From a virus (Duplodnaviria; Caudoviricetes), in the IMG/VR virus record IMGVR_UViG_3300009085_000030, positions 1 to 61,208 of that record: a stretch of 61,208 nucleotides of DNA, one strand, 5' to 3'. A program made the translations under genes and the position numbers. The notes beneath the pieces are model-generated. The model was not told where the DNA came from. It did no database searches and saw only the letters and a program-made list of their open reading frames with translations. This document shows, in pieces, positions 18,406 through 28,500 of this stretch (positions are counted from its first letter, which is position 1; the number at the start of each line of letters is the position of its first letter).

Positions 18406-20955
18406 ATGGCAACGACCGTAGCCGAAAAGATTATCCGCATCGACGTAGTGGCGTCGGCCAATGCGCAGCGCACGCTGAACGCTATGGCCGCGGACATGAA
18501 GAAGATCGAGGGTGCTGCGGCTACCATGCAGCGTTCTGTGAGCAGTGGGTTTGGTAACATCAGCGGGATGCTGGGGAAGCTAGCTGGTTTCCTGGGCGCG
18601 TTCGGCATTACCGCTGGCCTAGGTGCCGTGACCCGGGCCGTGATCGAAGCCGCGACTTCGTACCAAGTTCTCGAGGCGCGTATGTCTCTGGTGCTGGGTA
18701 CCTACGAACGTGCAGAGAAAGCGACCGAGCGGATCGCAGCGATCTCCATCAAGACCGGCCGCGAACTTGACGGTGTGGCGAAGCTGTACGAGAAAGCGTC
18801 GCGCTCCGCCCAGCAGTTCGGTATCAGCGAGGGGCAGGTCGAGCAAATCACACTCGGCTTCTCGCAGTCGATCCGGCTATCCGGCGCGAGTACGCAGGAG
18901 GCTTACGCCGCACTGGTGCAGTTCGGGCAGGCACTGGCCTCCGGCCGGTTGCAGGGCGATGAGTTCCGTTCGCTGATGGAGAATAACGCCGTATTCATGT
19001 ACGAGTTTGCAAAAGCCGCCGGGATCTCTGTGTCGGCTTTGCGCAAGATGGGTACCGAAGGGAAACTCAGTGCCAAGTTCCTGTTCGACACCATGGCGAA
19101 AGAAGGTGAAGATGGCCTGAACATGATGGAGCGGCTGAACAAGATGGCAGAGAGCGTGTCCCTCACGTTCGGCCAGTCTATGAACTCGCTGAAGAGCAGC
19201 CTGATTGAGTTGACCGGCGAGACCACCAAAGCGCTCTCCATGAAGTCGGAAGACAAGTACGGCATCTTTGGGCCGTGGATCCGTGGCATACAGGAGCTGA
19301 CCAGCAAGACCCGCGAGATGATCATCGAGTCGCGAGCACTGGACGAAGGGTTCTTCGCTCGGTGGTGGCGGCTCGCGAAGTTGTGGGGCGGCTCAGACAT
19401 GGGCAAGTTATCCCCTGGCGTCGGTGGCATCCTGGGGATGCTGGACGACAGCAACCAGCCTTTGTCCGTGCGGCTCGACAAGGCAGTATCTGAAGCCGAG
19501 AAGAAGCTGGAAGGTGCGAGGGCTCGGGTAGCTACAGAACAGGCTCGGTACAACAAGATGTACGGGGGTGAGACTTCCACCAAGCCTGGAAGTGACTCCG
19601 CTAAAGCCTTGGCAGTGCTGGCGGAACGCCGCATGCGCGTGGAAGAACTCGAAGAAGCGTATATCCGAGCCCGCAAGGTGCAATCGGACTTTTTGTATGG
19701 TGAGCGGAACACCACGACAGAAGGCACTACCAAGCCCGAGCCCGACGCCAAGGCGGAGAAGAAGCTCGCGAGTGCCCGCGAGACTCTGAAGGACTTTGTC
19801 GAAGCCAGGGAGCGTGAAGCCGAAGCGAACAAGCGTGTCGCTACCGGACAGGAAGAGGTTTCCCGCACGGCGAAACAACTGGTCGAGCTGGAAGGTAAGC
19901 TCAAAGAAGCACTGGTGGGTGGGAATAGCGAACTGGCGAAGCGCGGCCGGCTCGCCATCGAGCAGAATGAGTACTGGAAGAAGCAGATCGATGCGCAGGA
20001 AGAGTTTGTCAAGTCCGAAGAAAAGCTGCGCGAAGCCGAGAAGACGGACCTCGAGAAAGTGCAGCAGCAGATCCTGCGCGACCAGGAGTCTATCGACGCC
20101 TTGAACAACCGGACGCGAGCTACAGACGAACTCACCGATGCAATGCTGCGCAAGAATCGCGCCGATGCAGAGAACGAGATCCTGCACATGGATCCGAACA
20201 CGCAGGGTGCGGGTTTCCGGCTCGACGCGTTGCGCGTCTATACAGCTGAGATTGACAAGGCACTCGCCAAGAAAGACGAGTTGATGGACCTGCGGGCTGA
20301 CAAGAAGCAGCAGTCTGAACAGGCCAAGATCGACGCTGAGAATGAGAAGCGCATTGAGAACACTGCAGAGGAATTCAACCGCCGCATCAAGGACAGCATT
20401 CTCAAGGGTAGCGACGGTAAGACCATCGCGGAAGCGCTGAAGGACAACATCATCGAAGTGGTCGGCAACACCACTGTCGACATTATCCTCAACCCGATCA
20501 CATCGGTGTTCTCTCGCATACTGGCGAACCTCGCAGACCAGTTCAGCTTGATGCTGACGAAGAGCATGTTCGAAGCAATGTCGAATACCTCCTCCGACAA
20601 GATTGGCATGTTGATCAACCTGCTCGGGCTCAGCTCGGGCGGGGGCGGGTCAATGTCGTCGAACGTCGGTGGCACAGGCATGAAGATCACGCCGGTCACG
20701 GGGCTCGCCAAGGGCATGTCCTACGTTCCGTACGACAACTTCAGCGCGTCGCTGCATCGAGGCGAGCGGGTGCTCACCGCACGCGAGAATGCCGAGTACT
20801 CTTCACGTGGCAGCATCAACATCTCGAACAGCCCGGTCATCACTATCGACTCGCGCACAGATCAGGCTGTGATCTACAACATGGTCGCTCAGGCGGTCCA
20901 GCAAGGTAACGTCGCACTGGTCGAAGAAATGCGTGCGCAAGGAGTTATGCCGTGA
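18406..20955 (+). CDS. Tail tape measure protein
   Basis: Tape-measure domain LSGASTQEAYAALVQFGQALASGRLQGDEFRSLMEN, long helical region, and C-terminal YVPYDNFSASLHRGERVLTA. Confidence 0.93.
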   Translation: MATTVAEKIIRIDVVASANAQRTLNAMAADMKKIEGAAATMQRSVSSGFGNISGMLGKLAGFLGAFGITAGLGAVTRAVIEAATSYQVLEARMSLVLGTYERAEKATERIAAISIKTGRELDGVAKLYEKASRSAQQFGISEGQVEQITLGFSQSIRLSGASTQEAYAALVQFGQALASGRLQGDEFRSLMENNAVFMYEFAKAAGISVSALRKMGTEGKLSAKFLFDTMAKEGEDGLNMMERLNKMAESVSLTFGQSMNSLKSSLIELTGETTKALSMKSEDKYGIFGPWIRGIQELTSKTREMIIESRALDEGFFARWWRLAKLWGGSDMGKLSPGVGGILGMLDDSNQPLSVRLDKAVSEAEKKLEGARARVATEQARYNKMYGGETSTKPGSDSAKALAVLAERRMRVEELEEAYIRARKVQSDFLYGERNTTTEGTTKPEPDAKAEKKLASARETLKDFVEAREREAEANKRVATGQEEVSRTAKQLVELEGKLKEALVGGNSELAKRGRLAIEQNEYWKKQIDAQEEFVKSEEKLREAEKTDLEKVQQQILRDQESIDALNNRTRATDELTDAMLRKNRADAENEILHMDPNTQGAGFRLDALRVYTAEIDKALAKKDELMDLRADKKQQSEQAKIDAENEKRIENTAEEFNRRIKDSILKGSDGKTIAEALKDNIIEVVGNTTVDIILNPITSVFSRILANLADQFSLMLTKSMFEAMSNTSSDKIGMLINLLGLSSGGGGSMSSNVGGTGMKITPVTGLAKGMSYVPYDNFSASLHRGERVLTARENAEYSSRGSINISNSPVITIDSRTDQAVIYNMVAQAVQQGNVALVEEMRAQGVMP

Positions 20956-21575
20956 GCATCATCACACTACCGACGGGCATCTACTTCGGTGCCTTCGCCA
21001 TCTCGCAGAAACGCTTCGACTTGAAGGAGATGAGCGACACAACCGGGGACACCCGCGAGCGACTCATCTCGCCCCCCAGGTGGCGGGTGCGCTTCGCGCC
21101 GCCTTCTGTAGGCATCCCTTACGCGCAAGCTGCGCTGTGGAAGACTATGTTGCTCCAGCTACGGGGCGGCGTCAACCATCTGGCCGTCTACGATGTGGCG
21201 CAACTGGTACCTACCGGCACGATGCGAGGCACCCCTCAGTTGGTAGGTTCCTTATCGGCTGGTTCAGTATCTATGTCTATCGACGGGGCGACAGCCAGCG
21301 GTACGCTGAAGCGCGGTGACTGGCTGCAGATCGGTACCGGCGTCGGTAGTCAGCTGGTATCTGTTACGGTCGATGTCACGCTCAGCGGGGCTGGCACCGG
21401 CACCGTCCAGTTCGAGCCGCCGACGCGGGTTGTGTTCGCGGACAACACCCCTGTCACGTGGGATAAGCCGGTGGCATACTACAAGATGACGAGCGATGTG
21501 CCGGAGTGGGCGTACACCCCTGGCGCGTTTTTGATCGCAGGGTTTGCCTGTGACTTCATGGAGCAGTGGACATGA
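20952..21575 (+). CDS. Putative distal tail protein
   Basis: Follows the TMP with GTGA overlap; TLKRGDWLQIG and VQFEPPTR motifs. Confidence 0.65.
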   Translation: MSIITLPTGIYFGAFAISQKRFDLKEMSDTTGDTRERLISPPRWRVRFAPPSVGIPYAQAALWKTMLLQLRGGVNHLAVYDVAQLVPTGTMRGTPQLVGSLSAGSVSMSIDGATASGTLKRGDWLQIGTGVGSQLVSVTVDVTLSGAGTGTVQFEPPTRVVFADNTPVTWDKPVAYYKMTSDVPEWAYTPGAFLIAGFACDFMEQWT

Positions 21576-22168
21576 TTACCGTTGACGCGGGGCAACTCGC
21601 GCAATTCAACTCTTCGGTTCGCGGGGTAACCCTGTTGATCGACTTGGACTTTCAGGGTAGTGCCTTGTACGTCACGACCTTCAGCTCACCCATCGTGGCG
21701 AACGGGCACACGTATACGGCTCTCGGCAACCTGCTGTCGGTGTCTGACCTCCGCGAGAGCGAAGTGCTGTCGACCGACAAGCTGTCCCTGAAGCTCAGCC
21801 TGGTCAGCACGGCGATGCTGGCGTACGTGATCGGCCCGGCGGATGTGTACCGTGGCCGTAGCGTGAAGATCTACATGCAGTTGCTCAACGACAAGTGGGT
21901 GCCGGTCGAAGCGCCCATCCTCCGCTGGTCTGGGCTGATGGACAAGGTGCGCATCAATCGCAGGCCCAGCCAGACTGGTGGGGGCAGCGGAGATGTGGAG
22001 ATGGTGTGTCAGCGGGCAGGCTTATCTCGGTTCCGCAATGCCCTCGGGTACCGCATGACGCACGCCCAGCAACTGCAAGACTATCCCGGGGACATGGGTC
22101 TCGAGTACACAGATTCGCTGGTGGCGAACCCGCCAGTCTGGATGTCGAAGAAGTTCCAAGAGGCTTGA
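21572..22168 (+). CDS. Minor tail protein (gpL/hub-associated-like)
   Basis: NGHTYTALGNLLSVS, RWSGLMD and RMTHAQQLQDYPGDMGLEY motifs; synteny. Confidence 0.65.
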   Translation: MITVDAGQLAQFNSSVRGVTLLIDLDFQGSALYVTTFSSPIVANGHTYTALGNLLSVSDLRESEVLSTDKLSLKLSLVSTAMLAYVIGPADVYRGRSVKIYMQLLNDKWVPVEAPILRWSGLMDKVRINRRPSQTGGGSGDVEMVCQRAGLSRFRNALGYRMTHAQQLQDYPGDMGLEYTDSLVANPPVWMSKKFQEA

Positions 22169-22169
22169 A

Positions 22170-22577
22170 GTGCGCCTGGAAGAGTATCTCGACCAGTGCC
22201 GGCCGCGCCGGTTCAACTGGCATAGTTGGAACTGCGTGCACTTTGCACTTGGCTGGGTGCAAGAGGTCGAGGATTCCCAAGTTCTGCTGGTGCACTACGT
22301 GCAGTCGACAGAAACAGCGCTGGCAGCGGCGCGGGTCGCGCAGAAGATGGGTGGGTTGCGCAATGCCCTGACCTCGGTACTGGGGCGCGACCCGATGCCG
22401 GCGCTGTCCGCGAGTATCGGTGACGTCGTGATGCTCGAAGAGTGGCGCTGCGGCAGTGCGGGCACGCTGGGTATCTGCAACGGGGTGTCTGCTGTTACGC
22501 TGCACCCTGCCCAAGGTTTTGCGAGCGCGGCCATGGGTGCCGCCTCTTGCATTTGGAAGATAAACCGCAATGGATAA
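22170..22577 (+). CDS. NlpC/P60-like tail assembly protein (gpK/DUF6950-like)
   Basis: FNWHSWNCVHFA, ASIGDVV and TLGICNG motifs, just upstream of the tail tip gene. Confidence 0.65.
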   Translation: MRLEEYLDQCRPRRFNWHSWNCVHFALGWVQEVEDSQVLLVHYVQSTETALAAARVAQKMGGLRNALTSVLGRDPMPALSASIGDVVMLEEWRCGSAGTLGICNGVSAVTLHPAQGFASAAMGAASCIWKINRNG

Positions 22578-25500
22578 CAAGCTGATCAAGACCGTCGTCG
22601 GCGCGCTGCTGGCGACGCCTCTCTATGCCTGGGCGGACCCAGCGACCTTGCTGATTCTAGCTGGGCAGTTCATCGCTACAGCCGGGCCGGTTGCCGGGGC
22701 ATACTTTGGGACGGGCATGGCTCTGGTCGCGGCCGGCGTCATCTACGGGTCGGTGTCCAAGCGCCGCGCTGCCAAGAAGGCGGCGACCGAAGCGAAGAAC
22801 GCCTACAACTCGCAACTGGAGGACCGGGGCGCGACCATCCTCAGCGCGGTGCCGCCGTGGCGCATCGTCTACGGGCGGGCTACCATCGGCGGGTCGATCC
22901 ACGCCATGTTCACAGCGGACAAGGTCAAGACCGTGAACGGGCAGCAGGTAACCCGCAAAGATGCGCTGCACTATCTGGTCTACGTGTTCGCGGCGCATGA
23001 GGTCGGGGCACTGCACAACGTGTTCATCGACAACACGCCCGCTGGCCCGTTCGACGCCGACGGGTATTCGTTGAATAGCGAGTTCCGATCCTCCGAGTCG
23101 ATGATGATGGCGGGCCAGGTATCTCTGGACATCGGGGCATCGTGGACGTCCGACAAGCCAGTGTTGAGTTTCACAGCTATCGGTCATCCGACGGACTATG
23201 TCCCCGAGTGGGGCCAGGCCCACGATGTGACCGGGTACATCACCGTGACGAACGGTGGACGGACGCTGACCAATAATTCAACGATGATCTCGACTGTTTC
23301 GTATCAGATGTATTCTGTTATGGATAGTTCGTTTCGGTTCATCTGGCACGATGGGGATCCGAACCAGACGGTGGACGGGCCGTTGCACAGCGCTTTCCCG
23401 GACAAGTGGACCACGAACCACCGTATCCGCGGGCGCGCGTATGCCGTCGTGGTGGTTGACCTGGAAGACAGCCGCTTCCAGAGTGGCCCGCCGAGCATCA
23501 CAGTTGACGTCACCGGTAAGCTGGTCTATGATCCACGCAACGCGTCGACCACTGCTTCCAACAACGTCGCGTTGTGCATCCGAGATTTCCTGCTGGCGAA
23601 GTACGGTGCCAACGCAGACACGACGGAGGTCAATGACACCTACGTTGCTGCGGCGGCGAACGCGTGTGACGCTTGGATCAGCGTCGATGTGCCCGGTTAC
23701 CTCGACACGATCACGTACACTTTCGCTGCCACCGTGGATGGGTGGGTCGGGAGCAACGCGACGCTAACTCAGAACAGCGGCACGCCGACCTTCCTCCGCG
23801 TGGCGTGCACTGCCGAGGATACGGTCGCGTACAAGGAAGGCCTCAGCTTCTCAGGCAGCACGAACCGGTACGTTCGCTTCCGCATGCGGCGCAATGCCGG
23901 CGACGGGTGGGTCGGCAAGCTCTACTACAAGACGGCAGGCCACGGCTACAGCGAGGACTACCGCAAGGACTTCAACACTGGCTTCCCTGTCGGCGGCGAT
24001 TGGGTGGAACTCGTATACGACATGCACTCGTTGACTACGGGTGCGGGGGATTGGAAAGGCTCGACCATCACCGGGTTGCAGTTCCGGTTTGGCATCGAGG
24101 CGGGCGACGTCTTTGACATCGACTGGATCTCGGTGTCGGAGTTTGCGCCAGATACCGAACTGCAACCCAAGTACACGATGAACGGTGCGTTCACGACGGA
24201 CGACAGCCGCGAAAGCGTACTCGAAAACATGGCCGTTGCCATGAACGGCTACGTCACGAACGGTGGGCAGTGGCTGGTGGTCGCGGGCGCGTGGACTGCA
24301 CCGGTGCGCGACTTCACAGACGACGACCTGGACGGCCAGATCGCTATCGTGCAGACGGACACTGGCCTTGACGAACTGGCGAACTCCTCCAAGGGTACGT
24401 ACTACCCAGTGGGCGTATCCTCGCCCGTCGAATTCCCGCCGTACAAGAACGCCACGCTGGTGACGAACGATGGCGAAGAACTCTGGGAAGATATCAACCT
24501 GCCGTACACGAACTCGGAAACGCGTGCGCGGAACGTCGCCCGGGTGCGGGTCGAACGTACGCGCAGCGGCCAGATCCTTACGGTGCCTTTGAAGCTGCAC
24601 GCGTGGCCGACGCAGGTAGGCGACCGCATCCGGTTGACCAGCACGGAGTACGGACTCAACCTGAAAGTCTACCGCGTCACGGACTGGGGGTTCAGCGTTA
24701 CTGGCGCTGTCGTGCTCACAGTGCAGGAAGATGCCGAGGAGATCTATGACGAAGCCGACACAACGCTTTCGGACCCGACCCCGAACACAGACCTTCCGAA
24801 CCCGAACATCGTACAGAATGTTGAGAACCTTCTCGCGGCCAGCGGCACCGACCACTTGACCGTCGCGTCAGACGGCACAATCACCACGCGTGTCTTCGTA
24901 TCGTGGGATGCCGCTCGAGACGCCTATCTGGTCGCGGGCAGTGCGTATGCCGAGATCAAGTGGCGGAGGGTGCTGTTCGACCCGGTGGACCAGTGGAATA
25001 TGTCCCGGGTGCCGGCGACCTCGGTCTCCGTGTACATCGAGAACGCTGTCGAGTTCGAGTTCCTGGTCATCGGTGTGCGCTACGTGAACAGCGTGGGGCG
25101 TGAAGGGGCCTGGTCCTTCGTCGAGCATACGGTCATCGGCAAGTCGGAGCCGCCGGATGCCGTCACCGGTCTGGCATATACAAACACCGCCGGTGGGATG
25201 CGGATCAGCTGGGACCCGTGCATCGAAGTCGACTACGCTGAGACGGAGCTCCGCTACGGTGCAAGTTGGGCGGCGGGCGTCCTGGTATGGGTGGGCAAGG
25301 CGAACGAAGCCTTGTGGATCCCGCCCGGCGAAGGCGACTACACCATCTGGGCGGTGCACCGCGACACGACCGGCCACGAGAGCACGCCGGCCAGTCTGGC
25401 TGTGAACTACGACGCCTCGGGCATCACAAGCGCCCAGACCATGGTGCTGTCGGCGGACCGGCTTGCGTTTGTCTTCGCGGACGAGAACGCGGCCACGGCG

Positions 25501-28500
25501 ATAACGACGGACGACATCACGCTTACTGCCAAGTTGCAGAACTTGGTTGGCGCGGTGAGCTTCAGCGCCGTCGCGTACAACTCCGCTGGGACCTCGCTGG
25601 GTGCGGTCACGCTAACCGGCACCAGTGATACCGTGCGCGTGCTGACGGCTGCGAACTTCGTCGCCCCGGGCTTGACCGTGGCGTACGTTGAGGTCACTGC
25701 TGAAATCGCCAGCACGAACGGCTCGGGCACACTGGACGATACAACGACCATCTACCGCGTGAACCACGGTAGCAACTCGGTCTACGTGATCCTGACCAAC
25801 GACTCGCACACGATCCCGACAAACTCCGACGGGACCAACGGGGTCTACACTGGGTCTGGTACAGACATCGGCGTGTTCGAGGGGACCAATCAGCTGGTCT
25901 GGGACAACGTCGGTACGACCCCGGGCAAGTGGAAGGTTGTCGCCAGTGGCGGCGGCACGATCACGCCGGGCGCGATCTCGGCGGCGGGCAACAATGCTCG
26001 CGTGGCGCAGCACGCCGGCATGACGAACTACACGGCAATCGTCACGTACACGATTACCGGTAAGACGTTGACCGGCGAGGCGTTCACTCATACGAAGCTG
26101 CAAACGCTGAGCAAGGCTATCGCGGGCAACAGCAGTGCGTTGCTCACCCTGGACTTCAGCGGTGTCGCGTTTGTATTCCAGGGTGAAGACGGCAACGTCT
26201 CCACGACGCCCAACATCACGCTCACGGCGCTGCTGAACAACATCACGGGCACAGCCACGTTCACCACGGCGGCTTACGATATTGGCGGAGGGTTGCTGGG
26301 CACCGGCACCCCACTGGGCGGGTCGGGCAATACCCGGACGCTGACGCCGGCGCAGTTCCTGACGTACCCGACGACGTACACGCTGAAGATCACGGCGACG
26401 CTCGACGCGTTGACTGACACGATCACAATCTATCGCGTCAACGACGGTGCGGACACGATGCAGGTTGGTTTGTCCAACGAGGCGCACCTGATCCCGTCCG
26501 CAAATGATGGTACCGTTGAGAGTTACTCGGGCGCCAGCGGCTCCATGGTTGCGGCCAAGGGTGGGTTGCTGCTATCGAATGTCACAGACCCTTCTGTTTC
26601 GTTCAGCATGGTTGGGTACACCGGCTTCAACACTGTGTACCCTGCTGCGCAGGCTGGCATTACGATCAACGCCACGACCGGTTTCTACTCGGTGACGGCG
26701 GGCATGACCGCCGATGTGGCAACGGTTACCTTCCGCGCTACCTTGTCGAACGGGTTCACGGCAGACCGCGTGTTCAGCCTCGCCAAGAGCAAGGAAGGCG
26801 CCGCTGGCTCGGCCGCAGTGTCCATCGACTTGCTGTCCGAGTCGGACATCACCGCTGCGAACTCTGACGGCACCGGGTATGTGCTGCCGGCGAACAACCA
26901 GATCAAGCTGTACGAGGGTGGCGTCCTGCTGGTGGCAGGGGTGACTTACGCTGGCGACATCACGAAAAACGGATTGACTGCGAACGTCAACGAGAGTACC
27001 GGTATAGTCACGTTTACGGGCTCGACCCCGACCTGGACGAGCAACGCCGAAAGCTTCACGTTCCAAGCAACATACAACTCGATCACATACTCCGCGAATT
27101 ACACGTACGCCAAGTCCAAGGCCGGCTCCGATGCAGTGAATGCCGACCTGCTTTCGGAAGCAGATGTGGTCGCGGCCGCAGCGGATGGCACTGGGTACGT
27201 GCTGCCCACCGGCAACGAATTCAAGCTGTACAAGGGTGGCACCGACCTGACCTCGGGGGTGGCGTACTCGGTGTGGAACACCGGCACGGCAACTTGGCTG
27301 GCGTCTACTACCAAGAACGGGCTGACGTTTGCCATCGACGCCAGCACCGGAGTCATCACGCTGTCGGGCGCTTCCTGGACGAGCGACTCGGAAGTCTTCA
27401 CTACCAAGGCGGTCTACGGCGGGCTCGATTACTCCAAGCTGTACTCCATCGCCAAGTCGAAGCGCGGCGAGACCGGTGAAGCCGGCGGCGTCGTGCTCAC
27501 TTTGCAGGCTACCGCTGCTGCATACGTTTTCGAAAGTCCGGACGCCACTTCCTCCACTACCCCGGCCATCACGCTCACCGGTTTGCGGGGCACGCTGGTC
27601 GGCACGATGACCTTCACGACGCAAGCCTTCAACGCGGCGGGCACTTCGCTGGGCACCGGCACGCCGCTGAGCGGTTCGGGCGACACGCGCACCATGACGG
27701 CGACGCAGTTTCTGTTCTACCCGACCGCACGTTACGTCACGATCACCGCAACGGTTGGCGCATACAGTGACACGTTCACGCTGTATCGCATCGACCACGG
27801 TTCGGACACCATCACGGCAGGTCTTTCCAACGAGTCACACATCGTACCTGCGGACCCTGCCGGCGTGGTGTCTAGCTGGGTCGGCGCGGGTGGCTCGATG
27901 GTCGTCCTCAAGGGTGTTGATATCCTGTCGAGCGTGACGACACCTTCAGTGGCGTTCTCACTGGTTGGGTACACCGGATTCAGCACCACCTACCCGACGG
28001 CGCAGGCGGGCATCTCTGTCAACACGACGACGGGGGCGTACTCTGTATCGAACAACGTGACGTCAGATGTGGCGACGGTTACCATCCGGGCTACCCTGTC
28101 GACCGGGCTGACCCTCGACCGCATCTTCACAGTCACGAAGGCGCGGCAAGGTATCGACGGTGACGGCGGCGTCGCTGCTCAGCTCTTGACCATCGGTGCA
28201 ACTGGACTGGCCTTCATCTTCGCGGACAAGAATGCGACGCTGGCGACCGAGCCTGAGAACATCGTGTTCACGGCTACGCTGCAGAACGTCTCGGGTACCG
28301 TGGTGTTCGCGGGCACCGCATACAACGCGGCCGGAACCATGGTCGGGTCCGCTGGTGGGGTTACCCTCACCGGCACGGGCAACACCCGCACGCTGTCCAA
28401 GGCGAACTTCAACGCCGCTGGGGCCACCGTCCAGTACGTGGTTGTCACGGCTACGCTCGGGTCGCTCAGCGACACGACTACGGTCTACCGTGGCGACCAT

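Noticed and set aside
4097-20201. Long antisense ORFs (e.g. 4353..5588, 9276..10427, 18903..20201) and their equivalents on the + strand of the right arm
   Set aside because: These are shadow frames of GC-rich genes with strong codon bias. They lack motifs and fully overlap well-supported genes.
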